Of a stretch of DNA of 64,000 bases, positions 19,892 through 28,628 are shown in pieces (the stretch's first letter is position 1; every line of letters begins with the position of its first letter). Origin of the DNA: Chloroflexota bacterium (GTDB lineage: Bacteria > Chloroflexota > Anaerolineae > CG2-30-64-16); NCBI GenBank assembly GCA_026389845.1, contig JAPLHB010000170.1, forward strand, positions 41,368 through 105,367, written 5' to 3'. The position numbers and the translations under genes are program-made. The notes under the pieces were generated by a model. It saw only the letters and a program-made list of their open reading frames with translations. It searched no databases and had not been told where the DNA came from.

Positions 19892-20125
19892 ATGCAGACC
19901 GCAATCGGTTCATCTGCGTTTCAGAAGACCATCGAGGGCGTCGAAAGACTACCGATTGACGACCAACTGCTGCTGGTCGAGATCATCAAACAACGTTTGA
20001 TTCAGCATCGCCGCGCCGAACTGACGACGGTGATCGCAGAAGCCCGTGCAGCCTACCGGACCGGCAATGTGCGACGAGGCACTCCAGACGACCTGCTGAA
20101 GGAGTTGGAGGAGTTGGACGAGTGA
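19892..20125 (+). CDS. Putative type II antitoxin
   Basis: TAAGGAG lies 8 nt upstream of the ATG at 19892. This small acidic-tailed protein overlaps the downstream RelE-like gene by 4 nt. Confidence 0.6.
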   Translation: MQTAIGSSAFQKTIEGVERLPIDDQLLLVEIIKQRLIQHRRAELTTVIAEARAAYRTGNVRRGTPDDLLKELEELDE

Positions 20126-20406
20126 GAGCGCTGATCTGGAGTCCGAATTTCACTCGTCTGTTGCGCCGGAAAGTCCGCCAAAACCCGCTGCTGCGTCAGT
20201 CAGTCGGGAACACTCTTCGCCAGCTTGCGGATGACCCCTTCCACCCTTCGTTACACAGCCATAAGTTGAAGGGCAGCCTGGCAGGGGTATGGGCGTGTAC
20301 GGTTGACTACGACAACCGGATTATCTTCGAGTTTGTGGAGGATCCCGGCTCCGCGGAGAACGCGATCCATCTCCTCGCTTTGGGCACTCACGATGAAGTC
20401 TACTGA
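20122..20406 (+). CDS. RelE/ParE-superfamily toxin (YafQ/RelE-like)
   Basis: DPFHPSLHSHKLKGSLAGVWACTVDYDNRIIFEF...LLALGTHDEVY is the typical RelE/YafQ core pattern. Confidence 0.75.
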   Translation: MRALIWSPNFTRLLRRKVRQNPLLRQSVGNTLRQLADDPFHPSLHSHKLKGSLAGVWACTVDYDNRIIFEFVEDPGSAENAIHLLALGTHDEVY

Positions 20407-20417
20407 TCTCTAAAACC

Positions 20418-20510
20418 ATGCCCAACATCGCCCTCCGCGTCGACCACCTGAGCAAGCTCTACCACATCGGCCAGCTCCAGCAACGCCACGACACCCTGCG
20501 CGATGCGCTG
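20418..20510 (+). pseudogene. wzt decoy c (codons 1-30), running into a simple repeat
   Basis: [31 protein letters not shown]. It shares even the taaaac(c/t)ATG context with decoy a. Confidence 0.8.
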
Positions 20511-20615
20511 TCATCAGTTTTCAGCCGTCAGTCATCAGTTCTTGGTTCTCAGTCGTCAGTTCTCAGTCGTCAGTCACCCTCGCCCACTGACCACCGACCA
20601 CTGATAACTGACTGC
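20511..20615 (+). repeat. Heptamer repeat block R9 (GTCAGTC family followed by an ACTGACC arm)
   Basis: tcatcagttttcagccgtcagtcatcagttcttggttctcagtcgtcagt...caccctcgcccactgaccaccgaccactgataactgac. A near copy lies at 21726-21820. Confidence 0.85.
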
Positions 20616-20669
20616 TCATAACTCGCTCCGCCGCGGTCGTTGCCCCGACTGGGCGCTGCCGGACGGCAT

Positions 20670-20698
20670 TTGACGCCAGGGCAGGCGCAGGGTACAAT
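20670..20698 (+). promoter_or_regulatory. Sigma-70-type promoter (module P1, copy b)
   Basis: TTGACG (20670-20675), a 17-nt spacer, then TACAAT (20693-20698). It is part of a ~144-bp duplicate of 17830-17973. Confidence 0.65.
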
Positions 20699-20746
20699 GT
20701 GTGGGCCAGAATCAAGCATGGACAAATGGCAGGGAGAAATATCTGA

Positions 20747-20809
20747 ATGGGCGCCAATTTTGCTACCGCTGTCGAGCCGTTGGTTCGACGCCAGATTTTT
20801 GTGATATAG
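20747..20809 (+). pseudogene. Truncated copy of the first 18 codons of the antitoxin-like gene 17922..18269
   Basis: MGANFATAVEPLVRRQIFVI* compares with MGANFAIAVEPLVRRQIFATEE... Confidence 0.8.
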
Positions 20810-20831
20810 ACCCCCGACGGGAGTTGCACGC

Positions 20832-21218
20832 ATGACCACTGCACTCGATCTGACCCCAGAGGACTTGAAGCGCTATCGAGACGCAGCACGTCGGCGCGCA
20901 GCGCCCCTGGCGCTGGCGCCGACGGAGGCCGCTGTACGGGACGAATTGCTGACGCGGGTCCGCCGAGCAGCCGCTGTGCTGACCACACGCTATGGCGCGA
21001 AACGCGTCACCTTGTTCGGCTCGCTGGCGCACGAGGCCTGGTACGCGGCTGACTCGGATGTTGATCTTGCGGTGGAAGGGATGCCCAGCGAAGACTACTG
21101 GCGGGCGTGGCGAGCCGTCGAAGAGATCATCGGCGATCGGTCAGTGGATTTGGTCGAGGTGGAAACGGCAAGAGAATCCCTGCGCAGCGCCATTGAACGG
21201 CGCGGGGTGATGTTATGA
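20832..21218 (+). CDS. Minimal nucleotidyltransferase (MNT/MntA-like antitoxin)
   Basis: The motif is LFGSLAHEAWYAADSDVDLAV (GS...D.D). It overlaps the partner gene by 4 nt. Confidence 0.8.
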   Translation: MTTALDLTPEDLKRYRDAARRRAAPLALAPTEAAVRDELLTRVRRAAAVLTTRYGAKRVTLFGSLAHEAWYAADSDVDLAVEGMPSEDYWRAWRAVEEIIGDRSVDLVEVETARESLRSAIERRGVML

Positions 21219-21706
21219 CTGATCCGGAAAGAGAACTTGCGGAGCGCATCCGCGGCGAGACCGTAGACCTCGACCGTTCTGTGGCGCGGGCATCTGCGGC
21301 ATGGGAACGCGGAGGGAAGGCCGGCACCGAGCAGGACTACTATCTGGATGCGGTGGCCCTGAATTTGCACAGTTTCTACTCAGGAATCGAGCGTCTGTTC
21401 GAATTGACGGCGCGGCACATTGATCACACCCTGCCGGACGGCGAAGCCTGGCATCGCGTGCTCGTCACTCGAATGGCGCAGGAAGTGCCGGACGTTCGCC
21501 CGGCGGTCATCAGTCCAGATGTCGCGGCGACCCTGGACGAATATCGCCGCTTCCGCCACCTGGTGCGCAACGTCTATGCAACCAATCTCGTGCCGGCCAA
21601 AATGCAGGGCTTAGTTGAGCGCCTGGCGACTCTGTGGCCCCGGCTGCGCGTCGAACTGATCGCCTTCGCAGGATTTCTGGAACAGATATCGTCAGACGCA
21701 ACCTGA
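21215..21706 (+). CDS. HEPN-like (HepT-like) partner of the MNT
   Basis: It has a helical bundle with LDEYRRFRHLVRNVYATNL. The position directly after an MNT gene is typical of type VII TA pairs. No clean Rx4-6H motif is present. Confidence 0.6.
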   Translation: MTDPERELAERIRGETVDLDRSVARASAAWERGGKAGTEQDYYLDAVALNLHSFYSGIERLFELTARHIDHTLPDGEAWHRVLVTRMAQEVPDVRPAVISPDVAATLDEYRRFRHLVRNVYATNLVPAKMQGLVERLATLWPRLRVELIAFAGFLEQISSDAT

Positions 21707-21725
21707 GGGCAGCTATTCCTTCTGT

Positions 21726-21820
21726 AGTCATCGGTTTTCAGCCGTCAGTCATCAGTTCCTGGTTCTCGGTCGTCAGTCACCCTCGCCCATTGACCACCGA
21801 CCACTGAAAACTGACAACTC
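21726..21820 (+). repeat. Heptamer repeat block R10, direct repeat of R9
   Basis: agtcatcggttttcagccgtcagtcatcagttcctggttctcggtcgtcagtcaccctcgcccattgaccaccgaccactgaaaactgac. Confidence 0.85.
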
Positions 21821-21823
21821 GTT

Positions 21824-21858
21824 CCTCTCCCGCATCACCGAGCCGACCAGCGGCCGGC
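21824..21858 (+). pseudogene. wzt decoy d (codons ~88-98 only)
   Basis: cctctcccgcatcaccgagccgaccagcggccgg compares with the real wzt ctctcccgcatcaccgagccgacgggcggccgc. Confidence 0.65.
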
Positions 21859-21883
21859 GATTCACCGACGCTTTGACAATCAC

Positions 21884-23521
21884 ATGAGAATCACTCGTGA
21901 GCACTTAGTCCTCATTGCCATCCTGGTGCTGGCCTTGGCTCTGCGGCTGTGGAGCATTGATTTCGGGTTGCCCTACGCCTACCACATTGATGAGCGCAGC
22001 TACGTGATCGGTGCGCTCAACCTGGGCCAGGGCGAGATCAACGGCTATCCCCAGCAGGTCGGGCTGGTCAACGTGCTCATCGGGGAGTATGTCGGCTATT
22101 ACCTGGTGGGGCGGTTGGCCGGGCTGTTCGCCTCCGCCCAGGACTTCGCCCGCGCCTACTACACCGATCCCACCGTATTCTATCTACTGGGCCGCCTAAC
22201 TAGCGCGGTGCTAGGTGTCGTGAGCTGTTGGGCGGTCTACCTGCTGGGCAAAGAGCTGCGCAATCGCCTGGTGGGGCTGGCCGCGGCCCTGCTGGTGGCG
22301 GTCAATTTCCTGCACGTGCGCGAGTCGCACTTCACAACCCCCGACGTGGCGCAAGCGCTGGGCTTCACCATGGTTGCCCTGCTCTGCTTGAAGACGCTGA
22401 AGTCCGGCCGCTTGCGCACTCTTTACATGGCCAGCTTCCTGGGCGGCGTCGTAATCGCCTGGAAATGGGCGTCTTTCCCGCTGATCCTGCCGTTGATCTT
22501 CGTGGCCTGGCAGGCAGGCGCGGGCCGGTCGTTCCTGGCGGTCTTCAAGCGTTGGCTGATCTGCGGGCTGCTGGTCTTGGTGGGCTTTGCAGTGTTCTCG
22601 CCGCAGCTTCTACTCTTCCCGGCGCCCTACATCGAGTGGGCGAAGCGAGATTACATCACGGGCAGTGTGGGCGGTTACGGCGGGTTCCTGATCGACACGG
22701 TGCCCGGCTGGCTGTTCTATCTCAAAGCCTCCTGGATCGGCTTAGGCGTGTTGGGGTTGGCCCTGGCGCTGGCCGGGCTAATCCTGTGGACCTACCGGCT
22801 GCTCTGGCTGCGAAACCGACAAATTGCCGTGCCGCTGCTGTTGTTCGTCGGCTATTTTCTGCTGATGGCCAGCTCCCGGCGCTACTTCGTGCGCTACGCC
22901 GTGCCTATGGCGCCTTTTCTTGCCCTGGCCGTAGCCGATGCGGTCAACTGGGCCAGCGAGCGGTGGTCGGCCGGCAGCCGGCGGGGCGTGGCCGCGGCGC
23001 TGGTCGCCCTGGTATTGTTGGCGGCCGTGCAGCCAACCATGGCTGCGGCGCGGGCCAATATCCTGTGGGCGAGAGAAGACACGCGCACCCTAGCCAAACG
23101 CTGGATCGAGCAGAACATTCCAGAAGGCGCGAAAATCGCCACTGACTGGATGGTGCACGGCGTCCCACTGGCTACGTCCGACGTCCCCTCACCCTATTCT
23201 AGTCGTACCTATCAGGTGACCGAAGTCAACGGCCTGGGATTGTCGGACCATCCGGTCGAGTTCTATCGGGCAGAAGGGTTTGATTACCTGATCACCACCA
23301 GCTACATCAGCAACCTGCACCTGGTGGATCGCCAGCGAGACGAAGGGCGCGACGCATTCTACCGGTCGCTGGACTCCACCTTCGACCTGGTTCAAGAGTT
23401 TCGACCTTACACCGGAAACGTCGAGCCACCTTTCATGTTCGATCATATCTACGGCCCCTTGACCGCGTTGTGGCAATTCGGCCTGCCAGGGCCGACGTTG
23501 AAGATCTACAGGGTCAGATGA
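21884..23521 (+). CDS. GT-C-fold membrane glycosyltransferase (ArnT/PMT-like)
   Basis: It has about 12 transmembrane helices, a first-loop acidic motif YHIDERSY, and a large C-terminal soluble domain. Confidence 0.7.
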   Translation: MRITREHLVLIAILVLALALRLWSIDFGLPYAYHIDERSYVIGALNLGQGEINGYPQQVGLVNVLIGEYVGYYLVGRLAGLFASAQDFARAYYTDPTVFYLLGRLTSAVLGVVSCWAVYLLGKELRNRLVGLAAALLVAVNFLHVRESHFTTPDVAQALGFTMVALLCLKTLKSGRLRTLYMASFLGGVVIAWKWASFPLILPLIFVAWQAGAGRSFLAVFKRWLICGLLVLVGFAVFSPQLLLFPAPYIEWAKRDYITGSVGGYGGFLIDTVPGWLFYLKASWIGLGVLGLALALAGLILWTYRLLWLRNRQIAVPLLLFVGYFLLMASSRRYFVRYAVPMAPFLALAVADAVNWASERWSAGSRRGVAAALVALVLLAAVQPTMAAARANILWAREDTRTLAKRWIEQNIPEGAKIATDWMVHGVPLATSDVPSPYSSRTYQVTEVNGLGLSDHPVEFYRAEGFDYLITTSYISNLHLVDRQRDEGRDAFYRSLDSTFDLVQEFRPYTGNVEPPFMFDHIYGPLTALWQFGLPGPTLKIYRVR

Positions 23522-25068
23522 ATAGCCATAATTTGAGCAAGCCCTCGACTACGATGGTTCTTGCAGCAGTCATAGCCTTTGTGACAGTCGCTGTGCGACT
23601 GGGCTATGGCCCACGCACCGTGGACGATGCATTCATTACCTTCCGTTATGCCCGCAACATCGCTGAGGGCGTCGGTTTTGTATTCAATCCTGGTGAAAGG
23701 ATACTGGGCACCACAACTCCGCTGTTTGCTTTGCTGCTGGCAGCTTTCTACCGGATCGGGTCCCAACTGCCCTGGAGTGCTCTGTTGATCGCCAGTCTGG
23801 CTGATGCCGGCACCGCTGTGCTCATCTTTCTGGTGATCAGCAGGGTAAGCCGTAGCACGCTCGCGGCACTGGTTGCCGCTCTATTGTTCTCCGTGTCAGC
23901 AGGCAGCATCCGTTTCACAGGTGGTGGCATGGAGACGGGTTTGTTTGTGTTCTTGGTGATGTTGGCAACATGGCTTTTCATTGACGAACGCTATTCACTA
24001 GCTGCAGTCAGCGCAGCACTTGCCACATTGACGCGGCCCGAAGGCATCATTGTTCTCTGCGTGTTGGGCAGCCTTTTTCTTGTTCGATTCCGCAAGCTGC
24101 CTTGGTTCATAATAGGCATCAGCCTGGCCATCGGACTGCCATGGGTTGTCTTTGCCTTTGCCTATTTTGGTTCTCCGCTGCCCTACTCGATGGTGGCCAA
24201 AGGAAGCACCTACGCATTTCCACCATTGACGGCTCTAAAGAGTTTGCTGGGGTATCTGGTCGCATATACGTTGCCCACCGATGATCTTGAGTTGGGACGC
24301 CTGTTCAAATATGGCTTTGCGATTCTAGTACTATTCCTCGGTGCACTAACTGCCATTGTGTACGGTAAACGGCGGGGGGAGGATTATTCCGTTCTGTGGG
24401 CATTTCCTGCGGTTTATCTAGGCGTCTATACGATCGCCAATCCCCCCGTTTGGGAGTGGTATGCTCTGCCGCTGGTGCCATTCACGGTTTGCCTCTTAGT
24501 ATCTGGTGGTGTAGAAGTCTGGCGAACAGCCGTTACACGGATGAGGATAGGGAACTTGCATGCACTGGGATTTCTCAAGTTTCTGGTGTTGCCAGCGATA
24601 TGCCTCTTGGGACTCGTTCAAATCCAACAGATTCTACGCATCGACGTAAGGGTTGGCCGAGAGTTGACCTACGCCGATATCGCACATAAGCTTCAGCCCT
24701 TACTGCAGCACGAAGATAACCTGGCTGCGCCGGAGATCGGCGCCCTGGGCTATCTTTTGCCGAGCGCCTATATGCTGGATACGCAAGGGCTTGTTTCGCC
24801 AGCTGCCGTGCCCTATCGCCAGGATGTATTGCGCACACTTTCGCTCGATGTGGATTTCCAAGCATTGTGGTTTGCGAGTGGCGCGATACCACCGAGCCTC
24901 ATTGCTGAGCAGAAACCTCAGTATGTTGTCTCACCTGAGAAGCTGGCTGCCCTCCTGGTCCGAGATGAGGTGTTCTCTGAAGCCTACCGTCTGATTCTCA
25001 CCGAGCCTAGTGACTTTATGGGTGGTTCAGGCATCCTGGTTTGGCAAAGGGTCGATGGTGGAAATTGA
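23518..25068 (+). CDS. Polytopic membrane protein, GT-C-like putative glycosyltransferase
   Basis: The ATG at 23518 overlaps the upstream stop as ATGA. The first-loop motif is DDAFITFRYARN. It has many transmembrane helices and visibly lower G+C than the flanks. Confidence 0.55.
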   Translation: MNSHNLSKPSTTMVLAAVIAFVTVAVRLGYGPRTVDDAFITFRYARNIAEGVGFVFNPGERILGTTTPLFALLLAAFYRIGSQLPWSALLIASLADAGTAVLIFLVISRVSRSTLAALVAALLFSVSAGSIRFTGGGMETGLFVFLVMLATWLFIDERYSLAAVSAALATLTRPEGIIVLCVLGSLFLVRFRKLPWFIIGISLAIGLPWVVFAFAYFGSPLPYSMVAKGSTYAFPPLTALKSLLGYLVAYTLPTDDLELGRLFKYGFAILVLFLGALTAIVYGKRRGEDYSVLWAFPAVYLGVYTIANPPVWEWYALPLVPFTVCLLVSGGVEVWRTAVTRMRIGNLHALGFLKFLVLPAICLLGLVQIQQILRIDVRVGRELTYADIAHKLQPLLQHEDNLAAPEIGALGYLLPSAYMLDTQGLVSPAAVPYRQDVLRTLSLDVDFQALWFASGAIPPSLIAEQKPQYVVSPEKLAALLVRDEVFSEAYRLILTEPSDFMGGSGILVWQRVDGGN

Positions 25069-25116
25069 GGGAGTAGCTGCCACAGGTATAACTTGTTCAA
25101 CGCTAACGAGCGTACT

Positions 25117-26364
25117 ATGACCAACAATATCGCCATCCGCGTCGAAAACCTGAGCAAGCTCTATACCATCGGTGCTCGCCAACAGCGCCCTGATACTCTG
25201 CGCGATGTCCTGAGCGGCCTGTTCCGGCGCAACGGCAAGCACGATTATGAGACCGATCTCTGGGCCCTGCGCGACGTCTCCTTCGAGGTGCAGCGTGGGG
25301 AGGTCGTTGGCATTATCGGCCGCAACGGCGCGGGCAAGTCCACGCTTCTTAAGATCCTCTCCCGCATCACCGAGCCGACGGGCGGCCGCGCCGAGATCCA
25401 CGGACGAGTCGCCAGCCTGCTGGAGGTGGGTACCGGCTTCCACCCCGAGCTGACCGGCCGCGAGAACGTCTACCTAAACGGCGCGATCCTGGGCATGCGG
25501 CGAACCGAGATCAACCGACGCTTCGACGAGATCGTCGCCTTTGCCGAGATCGAGCGCTTCCTGGATACCCCGGTGAAGCGCTATTCCAGCGGCATGTACG
25601 TGCGTCTGGCGTTTGCCGTGGCTGCGCACCTGGAGCCGGAGATCCTGCTGGTGGACGAGGTACTGGCGGTGGGGGACGCCGTCTTCCAGAAAAAGGCCCT
25701 CGGAAAAATGGCCGGCGTTGTAAATGAAGGGAGGACGGTTCTCTTCGTGAGCCACAACATGGGGGCCATCTCGAGCTTGACACAACGAGCAATCCTTCTT
25801 GACTCAGGTAGTCTTGTTGTTGATGCTGCCACCAGCATATCGGTATCTTTGTACTTGTCTTCCACCTATGAAAACAATGCAGAGTGGCACAGCGATTTAC
25901 AGACCGAGCATCCTATCCAGATTCGTTGTATCAAACTTCTCAATGATAGAGGCCAATTGTCTACGGAATTCGATGTAGCGAAGGGATTGCTGATCCAGGT
26001 AGAATATGTGGTTCGTGAACCGGTGCGCAGCGCAGTAATCGCTCTCAATCTGCATGCTGCTGACGGAGCACACGTCGTGAGTCTTGAGGATATTGATGGA
26101 TCTCCCGATCTGCTGATGCAACGGTCACCAGGTATCTTTCGTACCTGCGTGAGGCTTCCAGGGAATTGGCTAAATAGTGGCACCTATCTTGTACGAGCTG
26201 GCTCGGGCGTTCCGAGATTTGCGATCTTCGATAATATCGAGGCGCTTCAGTTTTCACTAATGGAAACTGGTGAGACCACAAAACGAGGGCATAGAAGCGG
26301 CTATTTGCTGCCGATGCTCTCATGGGAAACAGAAATCATTCTAGATGGGAAAGGTGTAACTTGA
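25117..26364 (+). CDS. wzt: Polysaccharide-export ABC transporter ATP-binding protein with C-terminal carbohydrate-binding-type domain
   Basis: It has Walker [10 protein letters not shown], signature YSSGM, Walker B LLVDEVL, and a ~170-aa C-terminal extension as in Wzt/TagH. The start was chosen by analogy to the decoys (MTNNIAIRV). Confidence 0.85.
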   Translation: MTNNIAIRVENLSKLYTIGARQQRPDTLRDVLSGLFRRNGKHDYETDLWALRDVSFEVQRGEVVGIIGRNGAGKSTLLKILSRITEPTGGRAEIHGRVASLLEVGTGFHPELTGRENVYLNGAILGMRRTEINRRFDEIVAFAEIERFLDTPVKRYSSGMYVRLAFAVAAHLEPEILLVDEVLAVGDAVFQKKALGKMAGVVNEGRTVLFVSHNMGAISSLTQRAILLDSGSLVVDAATSISVSLYLSSTYENNAEWHSDLQTEHPIQIRCIKLLNDRGQLSTEFDVAKGLLIQVEYVVREPVRSAVIALNLHAADGAHVVSLEDIDGSPDLLMQRSPGIFRTCVRLPGNWLNSGTYLVRAGSGVPRFAIFDNIEALQFSLMETGETTKRGHRSGYLLPMLSWETEIILDGKGVT

Positions 26365-26369
26365 CAGCT

Positions 26370-27563
26370 ATGACCTGTGCCATCATCCCCGCGCGCGGCG
26401 GCTCCAAAGGCATCCCTCGCAAGAATGTACGCTTATTGGCGGGGAAGCCGCTGATTGCGCATACCATTGAGCACGCTCGCCAGTCTCGCTTCGTGCAGCG
26501 GGTGATGGTGTCCACCGATGATCCCGAAATCGCTACTGTCTCGAAGCAATATGGTGCCGAAGTAGTCTGGCGGCCGGCAGAGATTAGCGGCGACACGGCC
26601 TCGTCGGAATCAGCGCTGTTGCATGCCCTGGAACACCTGGGTTCGACCGAGGGCTATGAGCCGGACCTGCTCGTCTTTTTGCAGTGTACGGCGCCCCTGA
26701 CCCTGCCGGAGGATATCGACGGCACAGTACAGGCTCTGCTGGATAAAGGCGCCGATTCCGCTCTATCTGCCACGCCGTTCCAGTGCTTCCTTTGGCATCA
26801 GGATGAGAATGGCGATTCGGTAGGTATTAATCACGACAAACGGGTCCGGCTTCTGCGCCAGCAGCGGGAGCCGGAGTACCGGGAGACTGGGGCCGTCTTC
26901 GCGATGCGCACCAAGGGCTTCTTGCAAGCGAAGCATCGCTTCTTCGGTAAGACTGCTATGTATATGATGCCGCCGGAGCGGTGTCTGGATATTGACGACC
27001 TGGTGGACTTCCAGATCGCTGAGATGCTGCTGCGGGAACGGCAGCGGCAACAGAGAGCCAACTTGCTACCAGGCTGCGTGGCTGCTCTGGCGCTGGATTT
27101 CGACGGCGTCTTCACGGACAATAAAGTTATCGTCTCTCAAGATGGACAGGAAGCGGTTGTCTGCGATCGCAGTGACGGTTGGGGGCTGGCCCAACTGAAT
27201 AAACTGGGATTGCCCATTCTGGTGCTTTCCACCGAGCAGAACCCTGTGGTGCAGGCGCGGTGTAACAAGCTAGGCATTCCGTGTCGGCATGGTCTGCAGG
27301 ACAAACTTGCCGTTCTCAACGAGTGGCTGGACGTGCGTGGTCTGGACCGTTCGCAGGTGGTCTATGTCGGTAACGACGTCAACGACCTGGCGTGCATGAT
27401 GGCCGTCGGCTGCGGCGTAGCTGTTGCCGATGCCTCTCCCCAGGTGCTTTCGGCCGCTCGCATTGTACTGACGGCCAATGGCGGTCAAGGCGCCATTCGG
27501 GAATTGACCGACCTCATTGCGGAGAGATCAAACGAGGAGCGCATCCATAGCCAGGCCAGTTGA
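26370..27563 (+). CDS. Fusion of an acylneuraminate/Kdo-type cytidylyltransferase and a KdsC-like HAD phosphatase
   Basis: The N-terminus is CAIIPARGGSKGIPRKNVRLLAGKPLIAHTI (CTP_transf_3). The C-terminus is LDFDGVFTDNKV...GNDVNDLACM...ADA (HAD, KdsC type). Confidence 0.8.
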   Translation: MTCAIIPARGGSKGIPRKNVRLLAGKPLIAHTIEHARQSRFVQRVMVSTDDPEIATVSKQYGAEVVWRPAEISGDTASSESALLHALEHLGSTEGYEPDLLVFLQCTAPLTLPEDIDGTVQALLDKGADSALSATPFQCFLWHQDENGDSVGINHDKRVRLLRQQREPEYRETGAVFAMRTKGFLQAKHRFFGKTAMYMMPPERCLDIDDLVDFQIAEMLLRERQRQQRANLLPGCVAALALDFDGVFTDNKVIVSQDGQEAVVCDRSDGWGLAQLNKLGLPILVLSTEQNPVVQARCNKLGIPCRHGLQDKLAVLNEWLDVRGLDRSQVVYVGNDVNDLACMMAVGCGVAVADASPQVLSAARIVLTANGGQGAIRELTDLIAERSNEERIHSQAS

Positions 27564-27752
27564 GATCGGCGGTCGTCCGGCCGGGCTTGGCCACCCGACT
27601 TGCATCATGGCCGAAAGGCGACGTCGGTGGAGCCGCGCGGGTTTGCTCGGCTGGTGAGGGATATTCGGGTAAACGAAGCAGCGCTGGGGGATGGAGTGAA
27701 ACGGGTATACATCAGCGAGTTCCGACACGCGACAAACTAAGGAGTACACGCA

Positions 27753-28628
27753 ATGACCTGGCGAAGGGTAGCAAAGCGAATCGCATATTGGACAATGCCC
27801 CCTGGATTTCAAGACCTGGCACGCAGGCGCCTTTCTGGGAGATCTGCTGTCACAAAGGAGCCGCTTTCAGAGATCGAACAATGTCTGTTGAGCAGAAATC
27901 TCGAACTTCATAACCGGCATCTAGGTGAACGGTGCTTTATTCTGGCAACTGGACCATCAATCAAGACGCAGGACTTGAAACTGCTCAAGACTGAAACTTG
28001 TATTGCAGTTAGCAACTTCCTTGTGCACCCCGATTATGCCGTGATTCGACCCCAATACTACTGCCTTGCCCCATATCATCCGCCAATTACCGAAGATAGT
28101 TGGCAAGCCTGGATGACAGAGATAGCTGGCAAGACGCTGAATGCAACAATGTTTTTTGGTCTCGCTGACCGCGAGCGTAACGAAATCAATGGCCGTTTTG
28201 CTGGTCGTCAAGTGCATTACCTCAAGTTCGGTGGCGCGCTTGATGATCTCGTCAGGGACGGTGTCGATCTTTCAATGGCCGTTCCTGGACCTCAGTCTGT
28301 CACGATCATGGCGCTGCTCATAGCGATATATATGGGATTCAAGAACATCTATTTGCTTGGTTGTGATCATGACTGGATACTACATGTCGGTACAAGTACT
28401 CACTTTTACAATGAAAGCCAACACGCTTTGAATCGTAGTGGATATAGCGAATGGCATAAACCCGAACTCGGTAGCGAGTTTGACAGTCTCTCCAATCTTT
28501 GGAGGCAATACAAGACGATTCGTGTGCTTGCGACTGGCCTCGGCATAAGTATTTCCAATGCCACTGGCGGCGGCATTCTTGATGTTTTTCCTCGTGTACG
28601 CTTTGAGAATCTGATGGTAAAACTATGA
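27753..28628 (+). CDS. DUF115/MptE-like protein (Maf-type putative nonulosonic-acid/sugar transferase)
   Basis: CFILATGPSIK...IAVSNF...LLGCDHDW resembles the DUF115 core. TAAGGAG lies upstream. G+C is low. Family recognition is moderate. Confidence 0.45.
   Translation: MTWRRVAKRIAYWTMPPGFQDLARRRLSGRSAVTKEPLSEIEQCLLSRNLELHNRHLGERCFILATGPSIKTQDLKLLKTETCIAVSNFLVHPDYAVIRPQYYCLAPYHPPITEDSWQAWMTEIAGKTLNATMFFGLADRERNEINGRFAGRQVHYLKFGGALDDLVRDGVDLSMAVPGPQSVTIMALLIAIYMGFKNIYLLGCDHDWILHVGTSTHFYNESQHALNRSGYSEWHKPELGSEFDSLSNLWRQYKTIRVLATGLGISISNATGGGILDVFPRVRFENLMVKL

Noticed and set aside
17822-21880. A classical integron or gene-cassette array.
   Set aside because: There is no IntI-type integrase, no attI and no attC-like imperfect palindromes at cassette ends. 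The recurring junction sequence is a piece of the wzt coding region. It is reported as an integron-like footprint only, not as an integron.
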